A DNA stretch of 64,000 nucleotides. Source: a virus. The position numbers were made by a program, and so were the translations under genes. Positions within the stretch are counted from its first letter, which is position 1, and each line of letters opens with the position of its first letter. Below, in pieces: positions 30,701 through 37,592 of this stretch. Location: positions 1 through 64,000 of IMG/VR virus record IMGVR_UViG_3300020433_000002. One strand, 5' to 3'. Below the pieces are notes generated by a model that worked only from the letters and a program-made list of their open reading frames with translations, was not told the origin of the DNA and made no database searches.

Positions 30701-31086
30701 TTACGTTGACTCATGACTGTACTGTTGACCTAATCTTGAATGGTGCAAGTAGTAACAGAACATTTAGTGATGTTGCATCTCCATCATTATCAGAACTGGT
30801 TCAACACTCTGCTGGTGATAAGATCGTTGGTGGATCAGTCATCTACTCCTTGAGAGCATCTGGTGGTGCTGAAGCAAGTGGTGGTAGAAGACTTCCTGCA
30901 ACATCTGACTTCGACCTATCACAGATTACTGACTTAGGTAACTCTATATTAGGTGGAGATGGAACGTATCCAAACGGGCCTGACTTATTAACTATCGCTA
31001 TTGTACCTGTTGATACTGCATCTATTAACGCTGACTCACCATTAGAAGTATCCTCTAGGATATCATGGACAGAATCACAGGCATAG
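24721..31086 (+). CDS. Very large virion structural protein (2121 aa)
   Basis: TATAAATA at 24686; KLRVSNPQNLIDTDFEYG and RQTRKYFRYQSGKG motifs of cyanophage structural proteins; many beta-sandwich repeats. Confidence 0.75.
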   Translation: MAKHLIYNYTFTPGTSLNGTIVVEGNYPVRTWQLVTNTGTAGDYNHTFVRDDLASTTGAIDIISGGSGGNLTVAESGTSYDPISGIMTVTTTTSHGLVNGDTIQFRQDSLIFTCEKDGNNAEKSYPRTTDPTFGQNIVITKVDADTFTCFVSDASTDNEIIYNFSDKTLSGSTYYNSVLDTTTMTLLADTSDMDYRDELQIFVDKQHSEIEFSETFIDPVSKLRVSNPQNLIDTDFEYGLQPTKWETIELVNQVPSFYSNSSDYSIADVTSVETFQDSTNVTVNTIADHGLVVGAPIDVQGLSSRTAEGKYLITAVPSDNSFVYRATKKQEKTGRIDGSYTVITPGQFYNGSEIQYNEEIGIETDGAEPSTLKLFTNYVHGFVAGSSLYFTNTIGSLKYTIEETATDIAPDGRPYVDFSNTATVNFNPDISQTETRVKRSTYTRKFKTGDVDTANNAISWPNHRLRQGDAVLYSPPAGDAAVGGLQRFQIYYIKDSSNPNAVTLCETTNGQFNNNAEINITSAGTSSYGYHALMLCYEMGRVYSYSGYQTRIYSRRYYFGSGSGWDLTNYSIGYNSGRWVGIGGQRPGYIMMMDKKTSTELNYNSFKDPIYSTRSNSNFTFNKGGTVPDGYEFTEDWQRWDQYSTTGDGTENQVYATYGRAIVYQAHDYRSSYSNQYGGNYSSGGRWFWMYLTDDGEADSFFFANHGLEDQSSLTVTVGSGASIRYRTDAGTTYNTTPEFGYIGSGTTHSITVVGDDRFKINTALRLSSASGSYTFAGEGNNPLKNSFYINDSRITNRQMGTIGVGVGGSIPTSLSGPVVPTVETIDVVHESVKAKMDVVRGQTGGDAIRMLYDSSNNNGYAPFQSWNSNVDGGYQYVSHYRYNMYIYLMNTSGSTNSYYSGNLSSKPKFGTGTRQDLFSTTGLAGLGFDMIETPYTNNTYTNYWYSIKQFPDLSNIGLTVNGLPVNRARWDWSSYWSYCQGTYGQVNSNQNANYTNYDTSIGNGWRYNYVAKYTYGSNYNDYIQMALVIDNSNWPGYYNNINGSHYYTPWYSLQPRDYCYGGQRYVIDMVWPLNRNTTNSKYGPSGSTLTHAQIANTIATGIAASMTSTELTAGVVQFEQLNSVRFALRDPNDTQYDITNPGMTPLVFTTLESTGGVDGFYGIDVVGAGGTQMQSFSSGLIPKREIGFTSTAVEELSSVMYINLPNHKMQNNQRFVFGTDGSGVVPGLTGDSTYHALVSGPDHIQVADSPDGAPIGIGTTDAGNFTLTVPSVAGISSAVGTVAISTVSPTITGTDTLFRRFFKAGDSFKVNDTTISPPTYTEFIVDSVIDDTNLTVTTQPTSGITTTQYYVTTKINTRPDGAFLHRPFDGGVEIDAGTSPNSSIVRQTRKYFRYQSGKGIQCSLAINFNPSRVATALVSSGNTALPSEVYRFNLNNNEGNSWNVSGAARDGQIFGENPPINIVKGDYLTFTVNAPGQPLWIKTAPSTGVGNSVAAVGNGTDSGTITLQTDGLGIGTYYYQSENSAPMGGLINIEAVGSATTIAKVTTKYPHGITRVNKVTIKGSEDQAYNGTFQVRASTDFTFRYYITDATTTSVPNGIIEYNIDSWQNSKVRCGLFDYQNGMFFEFDGETLWAVRRSSVQQLPGTGAVTKGSNIMNGTDTNFTGQLVVGDKIVIRGQSHRVTHIPDKTTLHMQPSYQGVDAADIIITKTIDVRIQQTEWNIDKADGTGPSGFLLDLTKIQMCYLDYSWYGAGKIRFGFKDTYGHVKYMHEFRHNNRLEEAYMRTGNIAGRYEIENEGIPTYVPSLFHWGTSIIMDGKFDDDKAYLFTAPSKTLVFTNGDSNAVTTNGNSALTYRGGYYRDYYVRIPFNQSDQGKFSSGAALYTADLALNGTNATPYPHIIDYTDFNGGNFNVYIYVGSYYRWQTPGTYPYVASGTAVNVGAPASGAADDELVNKIPLVSIRLAPSVDNNLTGALGAREIVNRMQLQMKSLGITLTHDCTVDLILNGASSNRTFSDVASPSLSELVQHSAGDKIVGGSVIYSLRASGGAEASGGRRLPATSDFDLSQITDLGNSILGGDGTYPNGPDLLTIAIVPVDTASINADSPLEVSSRISWTESQA

Positions 31087-31095
31087 TGCTATAAT
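31066..31095 (+). promoter_or_regulatory. Host-sigma70-like promoter for the modification operon
   Basis: TGGACA-18 nt-TATAAT with extended TGn (31087-31095). Confidence 0.55.
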
Positions 31096-31135
31096 AGTTC
31101 TAAGAGTTATCATGTAAAATTGAATTCTATATTAT

Positions 31136-32023
31136 ATGAATAAAAAATATTATTTTATGGGAGGGCTTCCACGTTCTGGAAGTACCCTCCTTTCTTCTAT
31201 CTTAAATCAGAATCCAAGATTTTACTCAGGCCCATCAAGTCCTGTGCTTAGTGCAATGTTCTCTGCTCATGATAGTTTTATGGGTAATGAACTATATCAT
31301 GGGTATCCAAAACCATATCAGGTCAATGAAATTGTTGGTTCAATTATAGAACATTGGTATAGTGATGTAGATAAACCAGTAATTATTGATAAGAATCGTG
31401 CGTGGACATCTAATATTTCATACATTGAAGGATACTTGCACATAGAACCGAAGATAATTGTACCAGTAAGAAGAGTTGATGAGATATTAACATCCATACT
31501 TGAGATGATTCATCGCAATCCTTTTAAAGAAGGACAACCAAGAATTAATTTTGTAGATGAATTTCTAGTAAAAAATAATATTCCTATCAATGATGAGGAA
31601 CGTTGTAATCATCTTTTAAATCCTAGTGGTATTGTTTATGAGTCATTAAATGCTATCATGGAAGGGTTTAAGGCTCAAAAACGTGACAAATTTCACTTTA
31701 TAGACTATAATGATTTGGTAAACGATCCACAGAAAGAGTTGGATAGCATCTATGATTTCTTAGGTGAAGAATCATTCGAACATAGTTTTGATAATTTATC
31801 TAATGAATATAGGGAAGATGATCTTAATACATATGGTCTAACTGATATGCATGAAGTTCGTTCAAATATAGTAAAGACTTCTGATCATCCATCCAATATT
31901 CTTCCCCCTTCTATTATTGATCTATATAATAGAAATAGACAGAACTTAGAGTTTTGGACTGAACCTGAGGTTGTTAAAATTAATCCTCCCAAGGCACCTA
32001 CATCATATAATATCTTTTCATAA
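31136..32023 (+). CDS. PAPS-dependent sulfotransferase family protein
   Basis: 5'-PSB loop GLPRSGSTLL; IDKNR; KIIVPVR...ILTS; YNDLVNDP...IYDFLG. Confidence 0.85.
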   Translation: MNKKYYFMGGLPRSGSTLLSSILNQNPRFYSGPSSPVLSAMFSAHDSFMGNELYHGYPKPYQVNEIVGSIIEHWYSDVDKPVIIDKNRAWTSNISYIEGYLHIEPKIIVPVRRVDEILTSILEMIHRNPFKEGQPRINFVDEFLVKNNIPINDEERCNHLLNPSGIVYESLNAIMEGFKAQKRDKFHFIDYNDLVNDPQKELDSIYDFLGEESFEHSFDNLSNEYREDDLNTYGLTDMHEVRSNIVKTSDHPSNILPPSIIDLYNRNRQNLEFWTEPEVVKINPPKAPTSYNIFS

Positions 32024-32025
32024 TT

Positions 32026-32919
32026 ATGGCTAAAAAATATTCTTTGTTCCATGTACAAGGTGGGTTTGGAAAACATATTGCAGCAACCGCAGTAGCAAAA
32101 TGTATAAAAAATAATCATCCAAGTAGAGAATTAATATTAACTGCTGTTTATACAGAAATATATCAGAACCTTCCATTTGTAGATAGAGTATATCAATTAG
32201 GAAACACAAGTTACTATTATCAAACTTATGTGGAGGACATGGATTCATTAATCTTTGCTAATGAGCCATACTTTACAACTGATCATGTAAATAAAAAACT
32301 ACCTTTGGTACAGACTTGGAGTAAGATGTATGGTCTGAAGTATAAAGGTGAGATGCCTCAGATTACATTCAATCATCTTCAAAAAAAGATTGCTAAAGAA
32401 TTTTGGACTGGTAGAGCAAATGGTAAACCTATCATGGTCATACAAACCAATGGTGGTTTATTAAATGAACAAAGACCTTATCTATGGGCTAGAGATATGC
32501 CTATAGCATTAGCACAAAAACTTGTAGATCATTATGAAAAGGATTATCATATCTTCCAGATAACTAAACCAGCTGGTGAAGTATTAGATGGTGTAGAAGT
32601 TATTAAGGATCCTATGAGTAACATGGAACTCGTGAGTGTTCTTTTACAAAGTGAAAAGAGAATACTTATTGATAGTTGTATGCAACATGCTGCAGCCGCA
32701 TTGAAGATGCCTTCAGTAGTTCTATGGAATGGTACAAGTCCAAAAGTATTTGGATGGGATATGCATACTAATATACAAGCAAGAAAACCTGCTAAGTTTA
32801 AACTACCTAATAGTGTGTTCTTTGACTTTGATTTTATTGGTGTTGAAGCAGAGTATCCATACGTTGATGAAGACGAAGAGATCTTTGATTTTGATAAGAT
32901 TATAGAGGCAGTTGGTTAG
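32026..32919 (+). CDS. GT-B glycosyltransferase, GT9 (heptosyltransferase)-like
   Basis: GGFGKHIAAT (cf. GGIGD..), LPFVDRV, IDSCMQHAAAALKMPSVVLW (cf. DSGxxHxAAAxxxP). Confidence 0.7.
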   Translation: MAKKYSLFHVQGGFGKHIAATAVAKCIKNNHPSRELILTAVYTEIYQNLPFVDRVYQLGNTSYYYQTYVEDMDSLIFANEPYFTTDHVNKKLPLVQTWSKMYGLKYKGEMPQITFNHLQKKIAKEFWTGRANGKPIMVIQTNGGLLNEQRPYLWARDMPIALAQKLVDHYEKDYHIFQITKPAGEVLDGVEVIKDPMSNMELVSVLLQSEKRILIDSCMQHAAAALKMPSVVLWNGTSPKVFGWDMHTNIQARKPAKFKLPNSVFFDFDFIGVEAEYPYVDEDEEIFDFDKIIEAVG

Positions 32920-34620
32920 ATGAATGTTGTTGGACTTTATGGTGCTATAGGTTGGAACGTTGTACTTTCTAACAATCCTAAGTTAGAAAAGGAAGTAAAC
33001 AATAGTTGGACACATGGTGCTAGTGTAACCTTATTTAAGGATGATAACCATATATGTAGTGTAAGTGAGGAAAGACTTAGTAGAGTAAAGTATGATGGTA
33101 ACTTCCCCAGAAAGTCTATAGAATATTGTTTGTCTGTTGGTAATTTAGACAAGAAAGATATTGATTTGGTAGTCATTCCTTCTATGGCTAACCAAGAGCT
33201 TTATAAGTATTGGATTAATGGTACTCTTACAAAAAAAGTTAAAAGAAATTTTCCAAATGCAAGAGTGCAGGTAGTATCTCATCACATATGTCATGCAGCA
33301 TCAACAGTATTTTCTTGTGATTATAATGAAGGTGCTTTTGTTACATTAGATAATGCAGGATCAGTTTTGTTTGATACTGTAGGACAAATATTTGCCTGTG
33401 AAAATCATTCATTAGGTTATTTTAATAAGAGAAAAGGTATATTCAAATATTTTCCTGGTGTTCCTCAGATGAATAACTTTGGAAATTATTATTGGTTGTG
33501 GGCATATCATATCTACGTTAATAAAATTGATAAAGATATTAAATTAACTGATCCATATTATAGGGAGACATTCTGCGGTAAGGTAATGGGTCTCTCTGCC
33601 TATGGAAATTTAAAAGACCTACCAAAGGATGGTAGAGTTGCTATGGAAGGTATGCCTCAGGTTGCTATGGAATTTCTACCTCAGGCAGGTAAAATGGGCC
33701 CATATGAAAAACTAACACCAGAAAATAAGGCACAACTCCTTCAACATAATTTTGAACAAGGTATGTTAACGTACTTTAAATTATTAAAAGAAGAAACATA
33801 TATTCAAGATAATCTTTGTCTTGCAGGTGGTGTCTTTCTAAACATCCTTGCTAACTCTGTGCTTCATAAGAATAATATTGCAGATAATATACACATACCA
33901 CCATTCCCTGATGATACTGGACTCTCATTTGGAGCAGCATGTTATGGAATATTTAAAAATAAAGGAAAGGTAAACCTACCTCATAACATATCATTATTAG
34001 GTAAGTTTTATACTGATGAAGAGATTGAACAAGCACTTGGAGATACCAAGTATAAGAAGTATGATAACTTTGATGAATTATGTGAGGTAGTATCAGGATA
34101 TCTTGCAGACAATAAAATTGTAGGATGGTTTCAGAACAGATCTGAATTTGGGCCTAGAGCACTTGGTTCAAGGTCTATCCTTATGAACCCACAACCAAAG
34201 AAGAACAAGGACATTGTAAACTCACGCATCAAGCATCGTGAAGAGTGGAGACCCTTTGCAGGTATTATGTTAGAGGATCATCAAGAAGAGTACTTTGAAG
34301 ATACATATCCTAATGATTATATGCTATACTCTTTGACTGTACGGAAACATAAGAGAAAAAATCTTGGTGCTATTACTCATGAGGATGGTTCTTGTAGAAT
34401 ACAGACAGTGAATAAGAAACTACATCCACAAGTCACTATTCTTCTAGAAAAATATAAAGAAGAAACAGGGTGTCCTATTCTTCTAAATACATCTTTCAAT
34501 GATAATGGCCAACCAATTGTTGAGACTCCAGAACATGCTGTTGATACTTTTAACAATATTGACTTGGATTACTTATGTATCGGTAACTACATTATAAATA
34601 AAAATTTCAAGGATACATGA
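32920..34620 (+). CDS. NodU/CmcH/TobZ-family carbamoyltransferase
   Basis: EERLSRVK, HHICHAAS, GKVMGLSAYG, AGGVFLNILAN, EFGPRALGSRS, LLNTSFN. Confidence 0.92.
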   Translation: MNVVGLYGAIGWNVVLSNNPKLEKEVNNSWTHGASVTLFKDDNHICSVSEERLSRVKYDGNFPRKSIEYCLSVGNLDKKDIDLVVIPSMANQELYKYWINGTLTKKVKRNFPNARVQVVSHHICHAASTVFSCDYNEGAFVTLDNAGSVLFDTVGQIFACENHSLGYFNKRKGIFKYFPGVPQMNNFGNYYWLWAYHIYVNKIDKDIKLTDPYYRETFCGKVMGLSAYGNLKDLPKDGRVAMEGMPQVAMEFLPQAGKMGPYEKLTPENKAQLLQHNFEQGMLTYFKLLKEETYIQDNLCLAGGVFLNILANSVLHKNNIADNIHIPPFPDDTGLSFGAACYGIFKNKGKVNLPHNISLLGKFYTDEEIEQALGDTKYKKYDNFDELCEVVSGYLADNKIVGWFQNRSEFGPRALGSRSILMNPQPKKNKDIVNSRIKHREEWRPFAGIMLEDHQEEYFEDTYPNDYMLYSLTVRKHKRKNLGAITHEDGSCRIQTVNKKLHPQVTILLEKYKEETGCPILLNTSFNDNGQPIVETPEHAVDTFNNIDLDYLCIGNYIINKNFKDT

Positions 34621-34859
34621 ACTTCACAGTTTACACAAAAGACGGTTGCCCATATTGCGACAAGGTAAAAAAAGTTTTAAAGTTGACAGAGAGTAAGTTT
34701 GTAGTGTATAATTTAGGCCAACACTTTGATAAAGATGCATTCTATGAAGAGTTCGGAGAAGGTGCTACTTTCCCTCAAGTTTCTGTTAATGGTAAAAAAT
34801 TAGGAGGTTGCGTTGACACAATCAAATTCCTCAAAGAAGAAAAAATCATCCAAACCTAA
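34617..34859 (+). CDS. nrdC: Glutaredoxin (T4 NrdC-like)
   Basis: CPYC active site, TFPQV, LGG. Confidence 0.9.
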   Translation: MNFTVYTKDGCPYCDKVKKVLKLTESKFVVYNLGQHFDKDAFYEEFGEGATFPQVSVNGKKLGGCVDTIKFLKEEKIIQT

Positions 34860-35031
34860 CATAAATAAAACGAACACTACTAATCGTGGTGTAGAACTCA
34901 TGCTTTCGGGAGGTAAAAGAAAGAAGAAACCTTTACATATAATATGGAATAAGATGATCTGTTTATGGAATACAGAAATAGATATCCACTTTGAGTTTTC
35001 CTTATCGGCAAGGAAAAAAAATAAAAAATAG
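34813..35031 (+). CDS. Hypothetical basic protein
   Basis: ORF track; true start uncertain (possibly MLSGG...). Confidence 0.5.
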   Translation: MTQSNSSKKKKSSKPNINKTNTTNRGVELMLSGGKRKKKPLHIIWNKMICLWNTEIDIHFEFSLSARKKNKK

Positions 35032-35040
35032 GAGTGTAAA

Positions 35041-35271
35041 ATGGATTTTACCATAGTAACCTTGACATTAACAACGTTAGTGTCTATACTTGCATTATTA
35101 GTTGGTGGTATGATAGGATGGATGGCGAGACAGCATTCATACGACACTACACCCCAAACAGTGTATGCTCATCCCGAAATGTTTGATGAACATGGTAACC
35201 TAACCCCAGACGAAATTGTAGCTGTACGTTTTGAAAATTATGACCCAATCGACGAAGAAGAAGACGACTAA
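35041..35271 (+). CDS. Small membrane protein
   Basis: GGAG RBS; one TM helix, then HPEMFDEHG. Confidence 0.75.
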   Translation: MDFTIVTLTLTTLVSILALLVGGMIGWMARQHSYDTTPQTVYAHPEMFDEHGNLTPDEIVAVRFENYDPIDEEEDD

Positions 35272-35836
35272 ACCTAAGAGAACCTTACAGGTTAAAACTC
35301 TTCCAGAATTACCAAGCAATCCTTTTATCTTTGAGATTCTTGATCTAGCATCAAGACAAAGATCTAAGGCCAAAAAGATAGAAGTACTTAGAAAGTATGA
35401 TCACAAGGCACTGAGACATGTCTTGATCTGGAACTTTGATGAAGCAATAGTTTCTATACTACCAGAAGGAGAGGTTCCTTACGTAGGATATGATGAGAAC
35501 GTTTCTTACAGTGGATCTTTAACCACTAAACTTTCTCATCAGATACGTACCATGCATGAGAAAGGTAACTTCTCTTTAGGTGCAGGTGATCAGCAAGGTC
35601 ATACTACTATTCGAAGAGAGTCTAAACACTTCTATAGATTTGTAAAAGGTGGTGACGATAGATTAAATGCTATCCGTAGAGAGACAATGTTTATTAACAT
35701 TCTACAAGGTCTACATCCATTAGAAGCAGAGATTGTTTGTCTTATAAAGGATAAAAAACTATCTGACTCCTATAATATTACAAGAGAAGTTGTTGCAGCA
35801 GCATTCCCTGATATTGTATGGAGAGATGGTAAATGA
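35231..35836 (+). CDS. Conserved T4-like cyanophage hypothetical protein
   Basis: LIWNFD...LPEGEVPY...RRETMFINILQGLHPLEAE. Confidence 0.8.
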   Translation: MKIMTQSTKKKTTKPKRTLQVKTLPELPSNPFIFEILDLASRQRSKAKKIEVLRKYDHKALRHVLIWNFDEAIVSILPEGEVPYVGYDENVSYSGSLTTKLSHQIRTMHEKGNFSLGAGDQQGHTTIRRESKHFYRFVKGGDDRLNAIRRETMFINILQGLHPLEAEIVCLIKDKKLSDSYNITREVVAAAFPDIVWRDGK

Positions 35837-36159
35837 CGACCACACCTAAAAAGAAATCAATATGGTCTACAGAAGAATTAGAAAAACTATCTGAGGTCTA
35901 TGGTACAAGTATTATTATAGAGAATGGTACAGACGAGGAAGTAAAAACAACTCAAGCACCTAACGATGCATATATTGTTCAGTATGTGTACGAGGATTCG
36001 GTTCGCTATGACCTTACAAGAGGTACTAAGATGGCCGTGTTTGATATGTACTATGATAAAATTAAAAGGGGTTTGAAGTCCATAGACTATGGTAAGGGAA
36101 CCATTAAACCTAACCTCTGGGGTTACAAATCACCGCAAGGAAAAAAGAAAAAGAAATGA
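35833..36159 (+). CDS. Hypothetical phage protein
   Basis: ORF track; ATGA-coupled. Confidence 0.7.
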   Translation: MTTTPKKKSIWSTEELEKLSEVYGTSIIIENGTDEEVKTTQAPNDAYIVQYVYEDSVRYDLTRGTKMAVFDMYYDKIKRGLKSIDYGKGTIKPNLWGYKSPQGKKKKK

Positions 36160-36326
36160 ATTGTTGGCACTGTAATACTGAACTTATATGGGGATCAGAT
36201 TTTGATGCTGAAGACTATGGATGTGAAGAAGAGTACTCTATTGTAACTAACCTTACATGTCCTAAGTGTGAGTCATTTGTACAAGTATATTATCCTAATG
36301 AAGATCAAAGACAAGTTTCTAGATAA
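36156..36326 (+). CDS. Small Zn-ribbon protein (56 aa)
   Basis: MNCWHCNTELIWG...LTCPKCES; ATGA overlap; below the track cutoff. Confidence 0.7.
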   Translation: MNCWHCNTELIWGSDFDAEDYGCEEEYSIVTNLTCPKCESFVQVYYPNEDQRQVSR

Positions 36327-36807
36327 ATATACCTTCTATAGAATTAAAAAAACCATATTTAATTATGAAGATACTCCTTGGAGATGCATTAAGGATGTCT
36401 CTGGTTTAGGTAAGGAGAGGGATTGTTATTTTACTCATTCATTATATGAAACTTATATGGATGAGAATTTAAAATTAAATTCATATGCAACACCTTGTAG
36501 TCCTCACTCTTGGATAGCAGATATATTAAAAGAGGCTATAGGTGCAGAACATTTAATTAGGGTAAAGGTAAATCTATATCCTAGAACAGATATTCTAGTC
36601 AGTCATAGGCCTCATAAAGATTATAATTTTCCACATAAGGGAGCATTGTTTTCTTTGAATACGTGTGATGGCCATACTAATGTTGATGGTACACCAGTTG
36701 ACTCTGTTAAAAATAGAATGCTATTCTTTGACCCTCAAGTCACACATAATAGTACTAACTGTACTGATGAACAGTTTAGATGTAACATCAATATTAATTA
36801 CCAATAA
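36298..36807 (+). CDS. Putative 2OG-Fe(II) oxygenase-fold protein
   Basis: RVKVNL...PHKD...NRMLFFD...HNST...RCNININY; ATG at 36298. Confidence 0.7.
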   Translation: MKIKDKFLDKYTFYRIKKTIFNYEDTPWRCIKDVSGLGKERDCYFTHSLYETYMDENLKLNSYATPCSPHSWIADILKEAIGAEHLIRVKVNLYPRTDILVSHRPHKDYNFPHKGALFSLNTCDGHTNVDGTPVDSVKNRMLFFDPQVTHNSTNCTDEQFRCNININYQ

Positions 36808-36887
36808 CCTCTGGCCACCAAAATTGACTTTAGCTTTCAAAAATCGGGAGAAAAAAACTCCGCAAAATTTTTGAGCCACAGGATTTT

Positions 36888-36938
36888 GTATCAGATGCTA
36901 CTGTTCTACTTGCCTATATAATATACATGTGTTAGAAT
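36888..36938 (+). promoter_or_regulatory. sigma70-like promoter with upstream NtcA-like box
   Basis: GTA-N8-TAC at 36888-36901; TTGCCT (36910-36915)-17 nt-TAGAAT (36933-36938) with extended TG. Confidence 0.6.
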
Positions 36939-36946
36939 TAACACAA

Positions 36947-37036
36947 CGTTCATCTCCTTCGGGAGACGCAAGTAAGCCGACTCGGAACGGAATCGTTCAT
37001 CCTCGCAAGAGGACGCAAAAGCCGACTAAAGGAACG
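36947..37036 (+). ncRNA. Tandem glutamine riboswitch-like aptamers (glnA / Downstream-peptide type)
   Basis: Two units, CGTTCA-[hairpin]-CGCAA...GCCGACT..GGAACG (36947-36989 and 36994-37036); P1 CGTTC/GAACG; P2 hairpins TCTCC-TTCG-GGAGA and TCCTC-GCAA-GAGGA differ in sequence but both pair. Confidence 0.8.
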
Positions 37037-37068
37037 GGCCTAAAAATCCAACTACTGAGGACAAGCAA

Positions 37069-37212
37069 ATGGCAACAGTTACTTACCGTGGTGTCGAATA
37101 CGACACTGAAGAGTACAACGCAAAAGTTGTTGATGAAGCAGCTAAGCGTGAAAGACACGATTTAATGTATCGTGGTCTCAAGGTTAAAAGCAAGGCATCA
37201 CCTTGCAGTTAA
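37069..37212 (+). CDS. YRG-motif peptide (DUF4278-like, 47 aa)
   Basis: MATVTYRGVEY...DLMYRGLKV; GAGGA RBS; directly downstream of the aptamers; below the track cutoff. Confidence 0.85.
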   Translation: MATVTYRGVEYDTEEYNAKVVDEAAKRERHDLMYRGLKVKSKASPCS

Positions 37213-37218
37213 CATTAG

Positions 37219-37244
37219 GGAGGGGTTGATCCCCTCCTTTTTTT
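37219..37244 (+). terminator. Rho-independent terminator overlapping a promoter
   Basis: GGAGGGG-TTGAT-CCCCTCC followed by T7; TTGATC (37226)-17 nt-TATACT (37249). Confidence 0.8.
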
Positions 37245-37275
37245 ATGCTATACTTAGTGAAATGAAATTTTATCT

Positions 37276-37437
37276 ATGGATCGAAGAAAGTTAAAAGACA
37301 TTGTTCGTACATTAGAATTAACAGTTGATGCACTTAAAGCAGAGGTCTATTCTGACGTAGATGCTTATTCTACCTCAAATACCTCAAAAAAGATATTGAC
37401 TGATTACGACGAAATTTTTGAGGACGACGACGGATGA
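37276..37437 (+). CDS. Small hypothetical protein (53 aa)
   Basis: MDRRKLKDIV...LKAEVYSD...DYDEIFEDDDG*. Confidence 0.7.
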   Translation: MDRRKLKDIVRTLELTVDALKAEVYSDVDAYSTSNTSKKILTDYDEIFEDDDG

Positions 37438-37592
37438 GACAAAAGCAAATTCTTAAGAATTTAAAAGAAGCACTTAAACAAGACTATTTGTACACTTCTG
37501 AAGAGCTTTCATTTATGAAAGAACAACTTGCTGTTCTTGAAAAAGAGACATTAGCTAGAAAAAGAGAAAAACCCGAAGGATTTGGTAAATGA
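37434..37592 (+). CDS. Small hypothetical protein (52 aa)
   Basis: MRQKQILKNLKEAL...PEGFGK*; ATGA overlaps at both ends. Confidence 0.7.
   Translation: MRQKQILKNLKEALKQDYLYTSEELSFMKEQLAVLEKETLARKREKPEGFGK

Noticed and set aside
36929-37165. 78-aa + strand ORF in the track
   Set aside because: Its start lies in the promoter; it overlaps the aptamers and the out-of-frame YRG peptide, which has a proper RBS.
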